A stretch of DNA of 64,000 nt from an uncultured delta proteobacterium (GTDB lineage Bacteria > Desulfobacterota > Binatia > Binatales > Binataceae), in contig CAVURG010000006.1 of assembly GCA_963743865.1 (NCBI GenBank), positions 2,368,107 to 2,432,106 of the forward strand, written 5' to 3'. Each line of letters opens with the position of its first letter. Positions within the stretch are counted from its first letter, which is position 1. Below, in pieces: positions 8,515 through 17,810 of the stretch. Position numbers and translations under genes: made by a program. The notes beneath the pieces were generated by a model that was given only the letters and a program-made list of their open reading frames with translations, did no database searches and was not told the DNA's origin.

Positions 8515-8774
8515 CACTTCGCCTTCTCGGCAGACGATTTCCCCGAGGACCCTTTGCTCCTCCAGCAGAGGGCGGATTTGACATGCTCGAGCGGGCGCTA
8601 AAAACAGGAAAGCCAGTTCTAGGCAAGCCTCGGGCAATCGATGGGGGTGCGGGCTGCGATCGCGCTCTGACAAAAGCGGGGCGTAAGGGCGAGAATCCGC
8701 GCGTGAGTCCCAGCCTGGCGCTGCGTCCGAGCGCGTCGGCGAGTTGACGCGGAGAGCAGTCCGCATCAGACTGT

Positions 8775-9932
8775 GTGTCCTTTGCGAAGCAGGCCGTGCC
8801 TTTCGAAAACCTGATCCGGCGTGATGGATTAGCCCGGGTGGGGTGGAAGCTTCCCGATCGGCTGACGCCAATTTTAGCCAGAGCCGGCATGATGACCACA
8901 GACGCTTCGAAGCCAGGCAATGCGCCGCGATATTTGACGCTCAACCCCAAGGCAGGGCATCCGTTCTGGAGCGCAAGGACGACGGTGCTTCCGGGATATA
9001 TAGCGTATTGGCAGAAAACCCGATGGAGAAGTTTCGCGAGCTTGCCGCTTGCGGATATTTATTGGGGTTGGAAGCTGTTTCGGGCGAGCCGACAATTTGA
9101 CGCGGTGTTCACCAGCAACGAACGCGCCAGTTGGGTCTTAGCGCTGTTGCAATTGATGAGGCGGCGGCGAGTGCCACACATACAGATCGATTTCTTTTGG
9201 GAGCTTCCGCGGTCGCGCTGGCGTCGCGGTCTCAAGCTCGCATTGTTCAAGCTCGAGCAGCGAACCGTAACCAAGATAGTGTTGTACTCGTCGGCGCAGA
9301 CCGAACGTTACCGGAAGGCGCTTGGGTTTGCCGCCGACAAATTTGTCGCAATTCCCTATCACACCACAATCCATTCCGTCGGGGATGAGGTCATCGAGCC
9401 GGCCAACGGCGATTACATCTTCGCCGGCGGCAACACGGGCCGTGACTACAATACCCTCATCAAAGCGGCGCGACTGGTTCGAGCAAGGTTCCTGATCGCG
9501 ACCAATGATCGGGCCCAGTTCAGAAAAATGGGCGACCTGCCGTCCAATGTCGACATCGTGACCGCTGAACCAAAAACCTTTTTTCGTCTGATGGCGCGAT
9601 CCGCTATGGTTGTGATGCCGTTGCGAAAGGAGTTACTTCGCTCCTGCGGCCACCAGACCTACTTGAACGCGATGGCATTCGGCAAGGCGGTGGTGGCGGC
9701 CGACAACTGCGGAGCCGACGAGTATATCGAGCAAGGCTCCTCGGGTTTGGTGGTTGCGGCGGGAGACGCCGCGCTGCTTGCAGATTCGCTCAACAGCTTG
9801 ATGAGCGATCCAGCCCGGCGGGAAAGGATGGGAAACGCGGCACGGGCCAGGGCCGAGCAGTTCAGCGCAGAGTTGTTTTTCCGGCGCGTTCTGGATTTGG
9901 TACCGGATAAGAATCGCGGCGGCGCGCCTTGA
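8775..9932 (+). CDS. glycosyltransferase, GT-B fold (GT4-like)
   Basis: The C-terminal half reads FGKAVVAADNCGADEYIEQGSSGLVVAAGDAALLADSLNSLMSDPARRERMGNAARARAEQF, which is the typical Glycos_transf_1 region. The start is uncertain (GTG 8775 or ATG 8889). Confidence 0.7.
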   Translation: MSFAKQAVPFENLIRRDGLARVGWKLPDRLTPILARAGMMTTDASKPGNAPRYLTLNPKAGHPFWSARTTVLPGYIAYWQKTRWRSFASLPLADIYWGWKLFRASRQFDAVFTSNERASWVLALLQLMRRRRVPHIQIDFFWELPRSRWRRGLKLALFKLEQRTVTKIVLYSSAQTERYRKALGFAADKFVAIPYHTTIHSVGDEVIEPANGDYIFAGGNTGRDYNTLIKAARLVRARFLIATNDRAQFRKMGDLPSNVDIVTAEPKTFFRLMARSAMVVMPLRKELLRSCGHQTYLNAMAFGKAVVAADNCGADEYIEQGSSGLVVAAGDAALLADSLNSLMSDPARRERMGNAARARAEQFSAELFFRRVLDLVPDKNRGGAP

Positions 9933-10005
9933 ATAAGTGCCCCCGCCAGCGCCCGGCAAAGCGCCCGATCGCAGTTCGGGAATAGAGAAGCTTCAGCGAC
10001 GCAAG

Positions 10006-10036
10006 GCGGTCGCGCTCCCCGGGGAAGCGCGACCGC
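10006..10036 (-). terminator. hairpin 8 nt after the stop of the 10045..14142 gene
   Basis: gcggtcgcgctcccc/ggggaagcgcgaccgc. The same element recurs at 14682..14712 after the paralogue. There is no clear U-tract. Confidence 0.45.
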
Positions 10037-10044
10037 GGTTTTCG

Positions 10045-13000
10045 CTATTTTCCAGTGCCATGCAAGGCCAGCTTCTGGCTAAAGGTCCCGGCGTTGTCAA
10101 AGATGCTCAGCGTTCCGGAGGCGCTACCGCTTACAGTCGGCGCGAAGATAACGCCGATCGTGCAGTTCCCGTTGGGGGCAATGCTGTTGCCACTGCAGGT
10201 GTCGACTCCCTTGGTGTACTCGGCGCTGCCTGTAACGGTCGCATCAGCGGTGAACTGGATCGTGCCATCAGTATTCGGGTTGTGTACCATCACCGACATG
10301 CTTGGCGTATGACCGATCGTCACCGTGCCAAACGAGAGCGACTTGGAGGGCGTAAGCGTTGGCTTCAAGAGCGTGCCCGTACCCTTCAGTGCGATCGTAA
10401 GAGGGCTGTTTTTGGCGTTGCTCGTGACGGCCAGGCCTCCCGTGCGCGAGCCCTGCGCAGTCGGATCGAAGATCACGCCAACGCCGCAACTCCAAGCTGT
10501 TGTTTCGTTGCAGGTTCCTCCTCCCGTGCAGCTCTTAGTGTCCGTTGGCCCGGTGCAGCCAACGCCCGGGTTGGAGCCGCCGGTGCACACATACTTGGGC
10601 TGCAGAATCGTCGCGCCGCTGAGGTTGCAAGGATTCGCGATGCCGGCGCTTGTTGCGGTAAAGTCGCCCGACGCTATGATGCTGTCAACGGTCAGCCCAA
10701 CCCCGTTGGGATTGACCAGCGTCGCGGTTTTGACTGTAGGGTTGGTAACTCCCACCTGGGTGCGGGGAAACACGATGGTGGGTGAGACCTTGAGCATTCC
10801 CAATTTGCCAGGAGGACCCGAAAGGATGAGTGTGTAGGGGCCGAAGGAAGCGTTGGTATTAAAGGTCAGCGTGCCCCTGGCTGCTGCTTCCGTTGTCGTA
10901 GCCTTGAAAGTGACGCCGATCCCGCACTTCTGGTTGGGAGCTAGCGTTGACCCGCAGGTGGTGAGCGACGGATCGGGAGATCCTACGACCGCAAAATTCG
11001 CCGATGGCGAGGCCACGATGCTGTCGATGATAAGTGTGCCGGGGTTTCCAACCGGTGGCGGGCTTACCCCGCCTAGACCGTTATTAGTTATCGAGACGCC
11101 CCAGGGGAACGTGACGGTCGATCCGGTATTCAGCAGGGTCGAGTAACCGAACTTGATCCCCCCGTATGGATAGATCACGGGCGGCGGTACTGGCGTCGCG
11201 GTTGCGGTCGCCGTCGCAGTGGCAGTTGCGGTTGGCGTTGCCGTTGCGGTGGCCGTCGCAGTCGCGGTGGCGGTCGCCGTGGCTGTCGCCGTCGCGGATA
11301 TGGTCGGCGTCAGGCTCGGCGTCGCGGATATGGTCGGCGTCAGGCTCGGCGTCGCGGATATGGTCGGCGTTGCGGTTGCAGTCGCGGTCGCCGTCGCGCT
11401 CAAGGTAGCCGTTGCAGTTGCCGTCTTCGTCGCAGTCGGCGTAGGTGTCGCCACTATATAATTACAGGTGATGACGATGAGGCCGCCTGCGCCAGCACCG
11501 CCCCCGAAGCCAGCGCCACCGCCACCGGCGCCGTAAGTGCCGCCGGCTCCACCAGTGATGCCGGCAGAGCCCCCGCTACCGCCGCCCCCACTGCCATACG
11601 CAGGCGAGGCTTGCCATTCTGTACCGTCTCCGCCATCGATCCCAAAGAAGGGAGCGACGCCAGAGCCGCCGGCGCCACCAAAGCCATTGTCACCTGAGCC
11701 ACCAGGACCAGCGCTCGTTCCTGTCCCGCCCGCTCCAGCATCGCCAGCCCCGTTGGGCCCCGCCGCTCCGCCGCCGCCCGCAGAACCGGTGGTGGGAGTG
11801 GTAGTGCCACCTGTGCCGCCTGCGTACTTGGTGCCGGCAGCGGTCTGCCAGCTTGCGCCACCGGCGCCGCCCGTCTGACCCGACCCCGTTGATCCGCCAG
11901 CGGCGCCGCACGAGGAACCAGCTAAACTCGTGCCGTTGAAATAAGTGCCTCCGCCGTTGTTGGCCGCGCTGCCCCCAGCTCCGATTGCGTAGGTAATGTT
12001 ATTGCCAGTAGTCAGCGAGAGATTGCTGACCTCGCTGTAGGCGCCCCCGCCGCCGCCGCCGGATGAAAAACCGGTAGCACCGCCAGCACCGCCGCCGATG
12101 CATTCGATGGTGTTATTGGAGCCGTTACAGACGCTCGGAACGGTCCAGCTGGTGCCAGAGGTAAGGAAGACGACCGTTGACGTCGGTGTCGGCGTCGCTG
12201 TTACGGTAGCCGTCGCAGTTGGCGTCGCAGTTAAGGTTGCTGTCGCCGTTGCGGTTGCCGTCTTCGTCGGCGTCGCAGTCAAGGTCGCGGTCGGCGTCGC
12301 CGTCCGAGTTGCTGTCACGGTCGCAGTTGCCGTCTTCGTCGGCGTCGGCGTGGCGCATGCATTCACGACCAGGCTCTGTATGATGCTCGTGGTATAGTTA
12401 CCGTTGTTCCCCAGTCCGGCCACGTAAAAGCTATACTTATTCGCCGGGGTGGTTCCGCACGTGGTGGTGATCGTCAGCGTCGTATTATGGCCGGTGCCGC
12501 AACCGGTGGTCGGATTTATAGAGAACGCATCACCCGCACCAGCCGGTATGGTCCATGGAGTCGGTGTCGGTGGGGGAGCGGAATTCGAAAACCCCCCGTT
12601 ATTGGAAAGGCTGTAATTAACGCTACTGACGGTCTGTCCGCTCTGCGTACAATTGACCGTATAGCTTGCGGGGCTTCCAGCGGTAACCGTGCCGGATACC
12701 ACCGTTACCGTGACGCTAGCGATATGGTCAGTGAACTTATCCTGCGCCGTCAGGCCCGAGCTTCCCCCCGTCGCCGTCATCAGGAACGTCACGCCGCCGT
12801 CGGTGTCTTCGATATAGTAATTGTAGTCGGTGAATGAGCCGGTAGAATCTGCAGTGTCGGTCAGAAACGTATCGTCGCCATCGGACTCCTGAATCTGGGT
12901 CGTGACCGTCTCGCCGGGTGCGAATCCGGTTCCATAAATGATGACCGGCGAGCCCGGCGGGTAGTCGGGCTGGTCGGTGCGGATGGTCTGATAGGTGAAC

Positions 13001-14142
13001 GTCTCGGCCAGCGCGAGCGGAGTGCCCGTGCTGTCCAGTCCGCCGCTCATCAGCACCTGCCCGACCGCGGGCACGGCAAAGAAATTGGCCGCGAATTCAT
13101 CGCGCGCGACGCTCATCGGCTCGTTGGCAACGAAGTCGCCGATAATTGGATCGTAAAGTTCGTTCTCTGCTACCGGCTGTCCCGCGCTGGTGCCGCCCGC
13201 GATCAACACCTTGCCGTTGTAGGGCAGGGTCAGACCGAGGTGGCCGCTGCGCGCCGTGATCATCTGCGCGGTGAGCGTCGTGAAAGCACCGGTCGTGGGA
13301 TCGAACTCCTCGGCCGAATTCAGGTCGTTGCCGTTGGCATCCCGGCCGCCTTCGATCAGCACGTCGCCATTGAAATCGAGCAGCATCGATGCGCTGGCCA
13401 GCGTGCGCGCCGTGTTGAGGCTTCCGGTCTCGGTGACGGTGCCCTTGACAGGATTGTAAATCTCGGCGCTGGCGAGCGGCCCGGTAGAATCCGAGCCGCC
13501 GGCGATCAATACGGTGCCGTCGGTAAGCAGCGTGGCGGTATGATCCTGCCGCGCGTTCGCCAAACTGGCTGCCGCGACCGAAAATGTTTGCGAGGTCGGA
13601 TTGTAGATCTCAAGGCTCGCCAGCGGCCCCGATGCGCCGGTCCCGCCTGCGATCAGGACGGTGCCGTTGTTGAGCAGCGTGGCGGTGTGATGGCTGCGCG
13701 CGTGATTCATCGCAGGCAGGGCGACGAATGCGCCCAGCGATGGATTGTACAGTTCCGCCGCGGCAACCGGTGCTCCTGAACTGCCACTGCCACCCACAAG
13801 CAGGACGGTGTTGTCGTTAAGCACAGTCGCAGTCAGACCGGAGACGGCGGCATTAAGGCCGGCCGGCAAGACGGTGAACGTGTTGCCCGACAGGCTGTAA
13901 ACTTCAGCGCTCGTGAGCGCGCCGGAACTGCCGGTGCCGCCGACGATCAGCGCCCCGCCGTTGGGAAGCGTCGCGGCGGCGTGATTGGCGCGCGCGGTGT
14001 TGAGACTCCCCGCAGTCGTCCATACGCCGGGCGCCTGCGCCGAGATTGGAAGCGCAAGCACGAGGATGACGAGCAGGGCCTTCAGGACGATAGCGCCAAC
14101 GCGCCCCGCAGTTCGCCGTGGAGTTTGATTAATCGATTGCAT
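10045..14142 (-). CDS. giant secreted modular protein: signal peptide, 7-blade Kelch propeller, Ig-like region, TA/TP linker, glycine-rich module, TA/TP linker, several choice-of-anchor-D-like domains
   Basis: I take the start as ATG 14142 (MQSINQ...LALPISAQA), preceded by GGGAAGGGG. It has seven repeats of the ARxxHTATLLxDGTVLIAGG type. The C-terminal repeats follow the pattern L.F..v.vG......tv.N.G...l.i.s......F.....C...l.p...C.i.v.F.P...G...g.L. Confidence 0.85.
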   Translation of the reverse strand: MQSINQTPRRTAGRVGAIVLKALLVILVLALPISAQAPGVWTTAGSLNTARANHAAATLPNGGALIVGGTGSSGALTSAEVYSLSGNTFTVLPAGLNAAVSGLTATVLNDNTVLLVGGSGSSGAPVAAAELYNPSLGAFVALPAMNHARSHHTATLLNNGTVLIAGGTGASGPLASLEIYNPTSQTFSVAAASLANARQDHTATLLTDGTVLIAGGSDSTGPLASAEIYNPVKGTVTETGSLNTARTLASASMLLDFNGDVLIEGGRDANGNDLNSAEEFDPTTGAFTTLTAQMITARSGHLGLTLPYNGKVLIAGGTSAGQPVAENELYDPIIGDFVANEPMSVARDEFAANFFAVPAVGQVLMSGGLDSTGTPLALAETFTYQTIRTDQPDYPPGSPVIIYGTGFAPGETVTTQIQESDGDDTFLTDTADSTGSFTDYNYYIEDTDGGVTFLMTATGGSSGLTAQDKFTDHIASVTVTVVSGTVTAGSPASYTVNCTQSGQTVSSVNYSLSNNGGFSNSAPPPTPTPWTIPAGAGDAFSINPTTGCGTGHNTTLTITTTCGTTPANKYSFYVAGLGNNGNYTTSIIQSLVVNACATPTPTKTATATVTATRTATPTATLTATPTKTATATATATLTATPTATATVTATPTPTSTVVFLTSGTSWTVPSVCNGSNNTIECIGGGAGGATGFSSGGGGGGAYSEVSNLSLTTGNNITYAIGAGGSAANNGGGTYFNGTSLAGSSCGAAGGSTGSGQTGGAGGASWQTAAGTKYAGGTGGTTTPTTGSAGGGGAAGPNGAGDAGAGGTGTSAGPGGSGDNGFGGAGGSGVAPFFGIDGGDGTEWQASPAYGSGGGGSGGSAGITGGAGGTYGAGGGGAGFGGGAGAGGLIVITCNYIVATPTPTATKTATATATLSATATATATATPTISATPSLTPTISATPSLTPTISATATATATATATATATATATPTATATATATATATPVPPPVIYPYGGIKFGYSTLLNTGSTVTFPWGVSITNNGLGGVSPPPVGNPGTLIIDSIVASPSANFAVVGSPDPSLTTCGSTLAPNQKCGIGVTFKATTTEAAARGTLTFNTNASFGPYTLILSGPPGKLGMLKVSPTIVFPRTQVGVTNPTVKTATLVNPNGVGLTVDSIIASGDFTATSAGIANPCNLSGATILQPKYVCTGGSNPGVGCTGPTDTKSCTGGGTCNETTAWSCGVGVIFDPTAQGSRTGGLAVTSNAKNSPLTIALKGTGTLLKPTLTPSKSLSFGTVTIGHTPSMSVMVHNPNTDGTIQFTADATVTGSAEYTKGVDTCSGNSIAPNGNCTIGVIFAPTVSGSASGTLSIFDNAGTFSQKLALHGTGK
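11186..11450 (-). repeat. coding Thr/Ala/Pro linker (ACN-GCN periodicity) including 30-bp perfect tandem repeats at 11291..11370
   Basis: It encodes ATPTPTATKTATATATLSATATATATATPTISATPSLTPTISATPSLTPTISATATATATAT.... The unit gtcgcggatatggtcggcgtcaggctcggc occurs 2.7 times. Confidence 0.9.
12178..12352 (-). repeat. coding Thr/Ala/Pro linker
   Basis: It encodes TPTPTKTATATVTATRTATPTATLTATPTKTATATATATLTATPTATATVTATPTPTST. Confidence 0.9.
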
Positions 14143-14265
14143 ATTTTCCCCTTCCCGTTTCGGTTCGATTCCAGAAGGGCGGACTGGCACAAGGCCGGCC
14201 CAGCCTTGCGGTGTCCCCTCGCCCCCACGCCCGATGTATCATCAAGCTTCGGCAATTAGCGCCGG

Positions 14266-14294
14266 ATTATCACAAAATATCCGCTATGAGTCAA
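14266..14294 (-). promoter_or_regulatory. sigma70-like promoter with extended -10 (TTGACT-17 nt-TGtGATAAT) for the 10045..14142 gene
   Basis: The reverse complement of 14266..14294 reads ttgactcatagcggatattttgtgataat. The element is conserved at 17596..17624. Confidence 0.55.
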
Positions 14295-14542
14295 TAAAAC
14301 ATCAAGTAAGCTATGAAAGGATGTTAAAATGACAAGAAGTATCGAATATTTACTAATGGTTGTCTAAACATACGGTTAGCTGAAATTCACAAAATGTTGC
14401 ATCATTTGAATACAGCTGAGTCGTTTAGATACAGCTAGGCGGAAAATCCGACTATAAGGCAAACTTCTTTAAGCAGGCATTGGGGGGCGCTCGTCGCCCG
14501 TATCGATCAGCGATCTCGGACGGCCCGCGCGTTCAGGAACCG

Positions 14543-14625
14543 CTAATTGTTTCCTTTGCCGCTCAAATCAACCACCTGCGGATTATTGGTGGCGTTGTCG
14601 TTGAGCGGCACGTCGCCGGTAACCG
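14543..14625 (-). pseudogene. 3'-terminal relic of a choice-of-anchor-D gene (copy of the 3' end of the 17811..20432 gene)
   Basis: It translates to ...DVPLNDNATNNPQVVDLSGKGNN*, against ...NLPLEDNATNNPQVVDLSGKGNS* at 17811. The flanking non-coding DNA (about 14440-14542 against 17690-17810) is also homologous. Confidence 0.7.
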
Positions 14626-14681
14626 ACGCGCTGTCGATTCCCGTATGGCAGTTCGCGAATAGAGAAATTTCAGCGATGGAA

Positions 14682-14712
14682 GCGGTCGCGCTCCCTTGGG
14701 AAGCGCGATCGC
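14682..14712 (-). terminator. hairpin 8 nt after the stop of the 14721..17474 gene (paralogue of 10006..10036)
   Basis: gcggtcgcgctccc/gggaagcgcgatcgc. Confidence 0.45.
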
Positions 14713-14720
14713 GGTTTCCG

Positions 14721-17474
14721 CTAGTCTCCAGTGCCATACAAAAGGATCGTCTGAGTGGCGGTCGGGGGAGTACCTGTCCCCGCGTTGTCAACAATGCTCA
14801 GCGTTCCGTTGTCCGAGCCGGTTATGGTCGGCTTGAAGATGACGCTGATTATGCAGTAGTCGCCCGCGGGAATGCTGCCGGTGCAGGTGTTGCTTTGCAC
14901 GCTGTAGTCGCTGCTGGCAGTCACGGCGGTGAAATCGATCGGAATAAGGTTCGTGTTGACTGCCGTGACAGACATCGCTGCGCTGGGCACACCGACCTTC
15001 TGCTTGCCGAACGCCAGTGACGTCGCCGAAAGCACCGGCGCGGAGAGCGTGCCGGTGCCTTGCAGCTTGATCCTCGCAGGGCTGTTGCTGGCGTCGCTAA
15101 TGATGGTCAGGTTTCCCGTGCGCTGGCCTTGCGCGCTCGGAGTAAAGCTCACCGTAACCTTGCAGTTGCCTGCCGGAGGGATTCCGCCAACCAGGGTGCT
15201 GCATCCATCGCTGGCGACTAAGAAGTCGCCCGACGCAAACACGTTGCTCACGCCAAGCGCAACCGTGTTGGGATTGGACAGCGTCGCGGTCTTAACCATC
15301 GGGCTGGTGTAGCCCACCGGCGCGTTGAGAAACACGAGAGTGGGCGAAAGGTCGATCAATCCGGCCACGCCAGCGCCTTGAAGCGCTATTGAATGCGGGC
15401 TGTCGGAAGCATTGGAAGTGAATGTCAGTACACCAGAGAATTTTTCTGGCGCAGTAGCGGTGAAATCGACGCCGACCGTGCACTCCGCGTTGGGAGCAAG
15501 GGTCGCCCCGCAGGTGGTGGTCGGCTTATCGATCGCGAATTGCGAGGGGCTGGCCGTGATGCTGGTGAAGTTGATTGCTTTGGCGCCCGTCGCGTTATTG
15601 TTGACCGTGATGGTCCTTGGCCCCTTGGTCGTGGCGCTATTCAGGCCGACGACCGAGTTTTGGAACACTATCCCCGTATATGGAGTGATCTGCGGCGGCG
15701 GTACGGCCGGCGTCGCGCACGCATTTACGACCAAGGTTCCGGTGGTGGTCAAGCTAGTGCCGCTGGCATCGCCTCCACCGGTTGCCGTGACCGTGAAACC
15801 TGTAGGCCCTGTCGGCGTGGTGCCGCACACCGTGTTTATGATCAGCGTCGAAGTCTGGTGGCCAGTACTGGTGCTGGTGAGAGTCGAAGGGACGAAATTC
15901 GTAGTCCACCCCGCCGGCAGCGGTGAGGGGCTCGAAATCGCGAGACTCGCGGTGGCGCTCCCAGTACCTGTGAAGTAGGCAGTAACCGTGTAGACAGCGG
16001 TGCCACCGTCGGTAATCGTGTCTGACGACGGCGATAGCGTGATGCTCGTGACCGCGACGCTATCCGTGAACCGATCCTGCGCGGTCAGGCCCGAGCTCTG
16101 CCCCGTAGCCGTCATCACGAACGTCACGCCGCCGTCGGTATCGCTAATAGTGAAACTGGAGTCGGTGAACGATCCGGTCGAATCCGCAGTGTCAATCCTT
16201 TCGTCGTTTTCGCCGTTGGACCCCTCAATAACGGTGGTGACCGTCTCGCCGGGTGCGAATCCGGCGCCGTATATAATGACCGGCGAGCCCGGCGCATAGT
16301 CGGGCTTGTCGGTGCGGATGGTCTGATAGGTAAACGTTTCGGTCAGGGAGAGCGGGTTGCCGTAGCTGTCCAGTCCGCCGCTCATCAGCACCTGCCCGAC
16401 CGCGGGCGGAGCAAAGAAGTTGGTCGCGAACTCATCGCGCGCAATGCTCATCGGTTCGTTGGCAACGAAGTCGCCGACGACCGGATCGTAAAGTTCGTTC
16501 TCTGCTAGCGGCGCGCCTGCGCTGGTGCCGCCCGCGATCAACACCTTGCCGTTGTAAGGCAGGGTCAGACCGAGGTGGCCGCTGCGCGCGGTAATCATCT
16601 GCGCGGTGAGCGTCGTGAAAGCACCGGTCGCGGGATCAAACTCTTCGGCCGTATTCAGGTCGTTGCCGCTGGCATCCTGACCGCCTTCGATCAGCACGTC
16701 GCCATTGAGATCGAGCAGCATCGATGCGCTGGCCAGCGTGCGCGCCTGGTTGAGGCTTCCGACCTCGGTGACCTTCTTGGTGGCGGGGTTGTAAATCTCG
16801 GCGCTGGCAAGAGGACCGGAAGAATCCGAGCCGCCGGCGATCAGGACGGTGCCGTCGGTAAGCAGCGTGGCGGTATGATCCTGCCGTGCGTGCTGCAAAC
16901 GCCCGGCGGCTGAAAATGTTCTCGAGGCCGGGTTGTAGATCTCAAGGCTGGCGCGTTGCCCCGATGCGCGGCTTCCGCCGGCGATCAGGACGGTGCCGTC
17001 GGTGAGCAGCGTGGCGGTGTGATGGCTGCGCGCTTTTTTCATCGCACGCAGCTTGATGAATGCGCTCTGCGATGGATCGTAGAGTTCCGCCGCGGCAACC
17101 GATTTGCCTGAACTCTTGAGTCCGCCCGCAAACAGGACGGTGTTGTCTTTAAGGACGGTTGCGGTCAGATCGGAGACGGCGGTATTAGTGCTCGTCGGCA
17201 GCGTTGTGAACGTGTTGGCCGACAGGCTGTAAATTTCAGCGCTCGTGAGCGCGCCGGAGCTGCCGGTGCCGCCGACGACTAGCGCCTCGCCGTTGGGAAG
17301 CGTCGCGGCGGCCTGATTGGCGCGCCCAGTGTTGAGGTTGGCGGAAAGCGTCCATGCGCCGGGCGCCTGCGCCGAGATAGGAAGCGCAAGCACGAGGACG
17401 ACGAGCAGAGCCTCCAGGACAATAGCGCCAATGCGACCCGCAGATCTGCGGGGACCTTGATCCGCCGATTTCAT
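14721..17474 (-). CDS. secreted modular protein: signal peptide, 7-blade Kelch propeller, Ig-like region, choice-of-anchor-D-like domains (no linker or Gly-rich module)
   Basis: I take the start as ATG 17474 (MKSADQG...LALPISAQA), preceded by AAGGGAGGGG. The 5' 1.4 kb or so is very similar at DNA level to 12700-14142. Confidence 0.85.
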   Translation of the reverse strand: MKSADQGPRRSAGRIGAIVLEALLVVLVLALPISAQAPGAWTLSANLNTGRANQAAATLPNGEALVVGGTGSSGALTSAEIYSLSANTFTTLPTSTNTAVSDLTATVLKDNTVLFAGGLKSSGKSVAAAELYDPSQSAFIKLRAMKKARSHHTATLLTDGTVLIAGGSRASGQRASLEIYNPASRTFSAAGRLQHARQDHTATLLTDGTVLIAGGSDSSGPLASAEIYNPATKKVTEVGSLNQARTLASASMLLDLNGDVLIEGGQDASGNDLNTAEEFDPATGAFTTLTAQMITARSGHLGLTLPYNGKVLIAGGTSAGAPLAENELYDPVVGDFVANEPMSIARDEFATNFFAPPAVGQVLMSGGLDSYGNPLSLTETFTYQTIRTDKPDYAPGSPVIIYGAGFAPGETVTTVIEGSNGENDERIDTADSTGSFTDSSFTISDTDGGVTFVMTATGQSSGLTAQDRFTDSVAVTSITLSPSSDTITDGGTAVYTVTAYFTGTGSATASLAISSPSPLPAGWTTNFVPSTLTSTSTGHQTSTLIINTVCGTTPTGPTGFTVTATGGGDASGTSLTTTGTLVVNACATPAVPPPQITPYTGIVFQNSVVGLNSATTKGPRTITVNNNATGAKAINFTSITASPSQFAIDKPTTTCGATLAPNAECTVGVDFTATAPEKFSGVLTFTSNASDSPHSIALQGAGVAGLIDLSPTLVFLNAPVGYTSPMVKTATLSNPNTVALGVSNVFASGDFLVASDGCSTLVGGIPPAGNCKVTVSFTPSAQGQRTGNLTIISDASNSPARIKLQGTGTLSAPVLSATSLAFGKQKVGVPSAAMSVTAVNTNLIPIDFTAVTASSDYSVQSNTCTGSIPAGDYCIISVIFKPTITGSDNGTLSIVDNAGTGTPPTATQTILLYGTGD

Positions 17475-17595
17475 ATTTTCCCCTCCCTTTCCGCTCGATC
17501 CCACAAGGGCAGGCTCGCGCACAGATCGAACAGCCTTGCGGGGTCCCTTCGCGCCCGTGCCCGAACTACCATCGGGCTTTGGCAATTCGGGCGCG

Positions 17596-17624
17596 ATTAT
17601 CACAAAATATGCGCTATAAGTAAA
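17596..17624 (-). promoter_or_regulatory. sigma70-like promoter (TTTACT-17 nt-TGtGATAAT) for the 14721..17474 gene
   Basis: The reverse complement reads tttacttatagcgcatattttgtgataat. It is a paralogue of 14266..14294. Confidence 0.5.
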
Positions 17625-17810
17625 TTGGGACGCAGGTAGGCTAATGCCATGTCTGAAAATCATGAAAAATTCAGGGTTTATCCTGGCTCGTTGGGACCAA
17701 ACAGTTAGACGGGAAATCCGACTTTGAGGCGACCTTCTGAGCAAGGATGGCTCGCGGCGCTCGTAGTCCGCGTCGATCGGCCGTATCGGATGGCCGGCGT
17801 TCAGCAGCCG

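Noticed and set aside
9937-10837. Long + strand ORFs (282 aa, 170 aa and others) opposite the 10045..14142 gene. Similar antisense ORFs occur at 13240..13779, 15393..15978, 18010..19799, 30212..30988, 47848..49313, 50600..52350, 53008..53613, 53779..54672, 56491..57179 and 58480..59328
   Set aside because: These are typical high-GC antisense shadows. They are Arg/Ala/Gly/Pro-rich, lack SD sites and overlap genes with strong motif support on the other strand.
11166-11461. VAVAVAV / SRWRSP-type ORFs and short-period repeats that could be mistaken for a CRISPR-like or satellite array. The same pattern appears at 12098..12397 and 60224..60888
   Set aside because: The periodicity is 6-30 bp with no spacer-like unique segments. 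It lies in frame inside long genes, where it encodes Thr/Ala/Pro linkers. The opposite-strand ORFs are mirror artefacts.
14543-14625. The repeat pair 14543-14625 / 17811-17895 as a template/variable repeat of a diversity-generating retroelement
   Set aside because: The substitutions between the copies are not adenine-specific. No reverse transcriptase is present in the window, and the flanking non-coding DNA is duplicated too. It is therefore a segmental-duplication relic.
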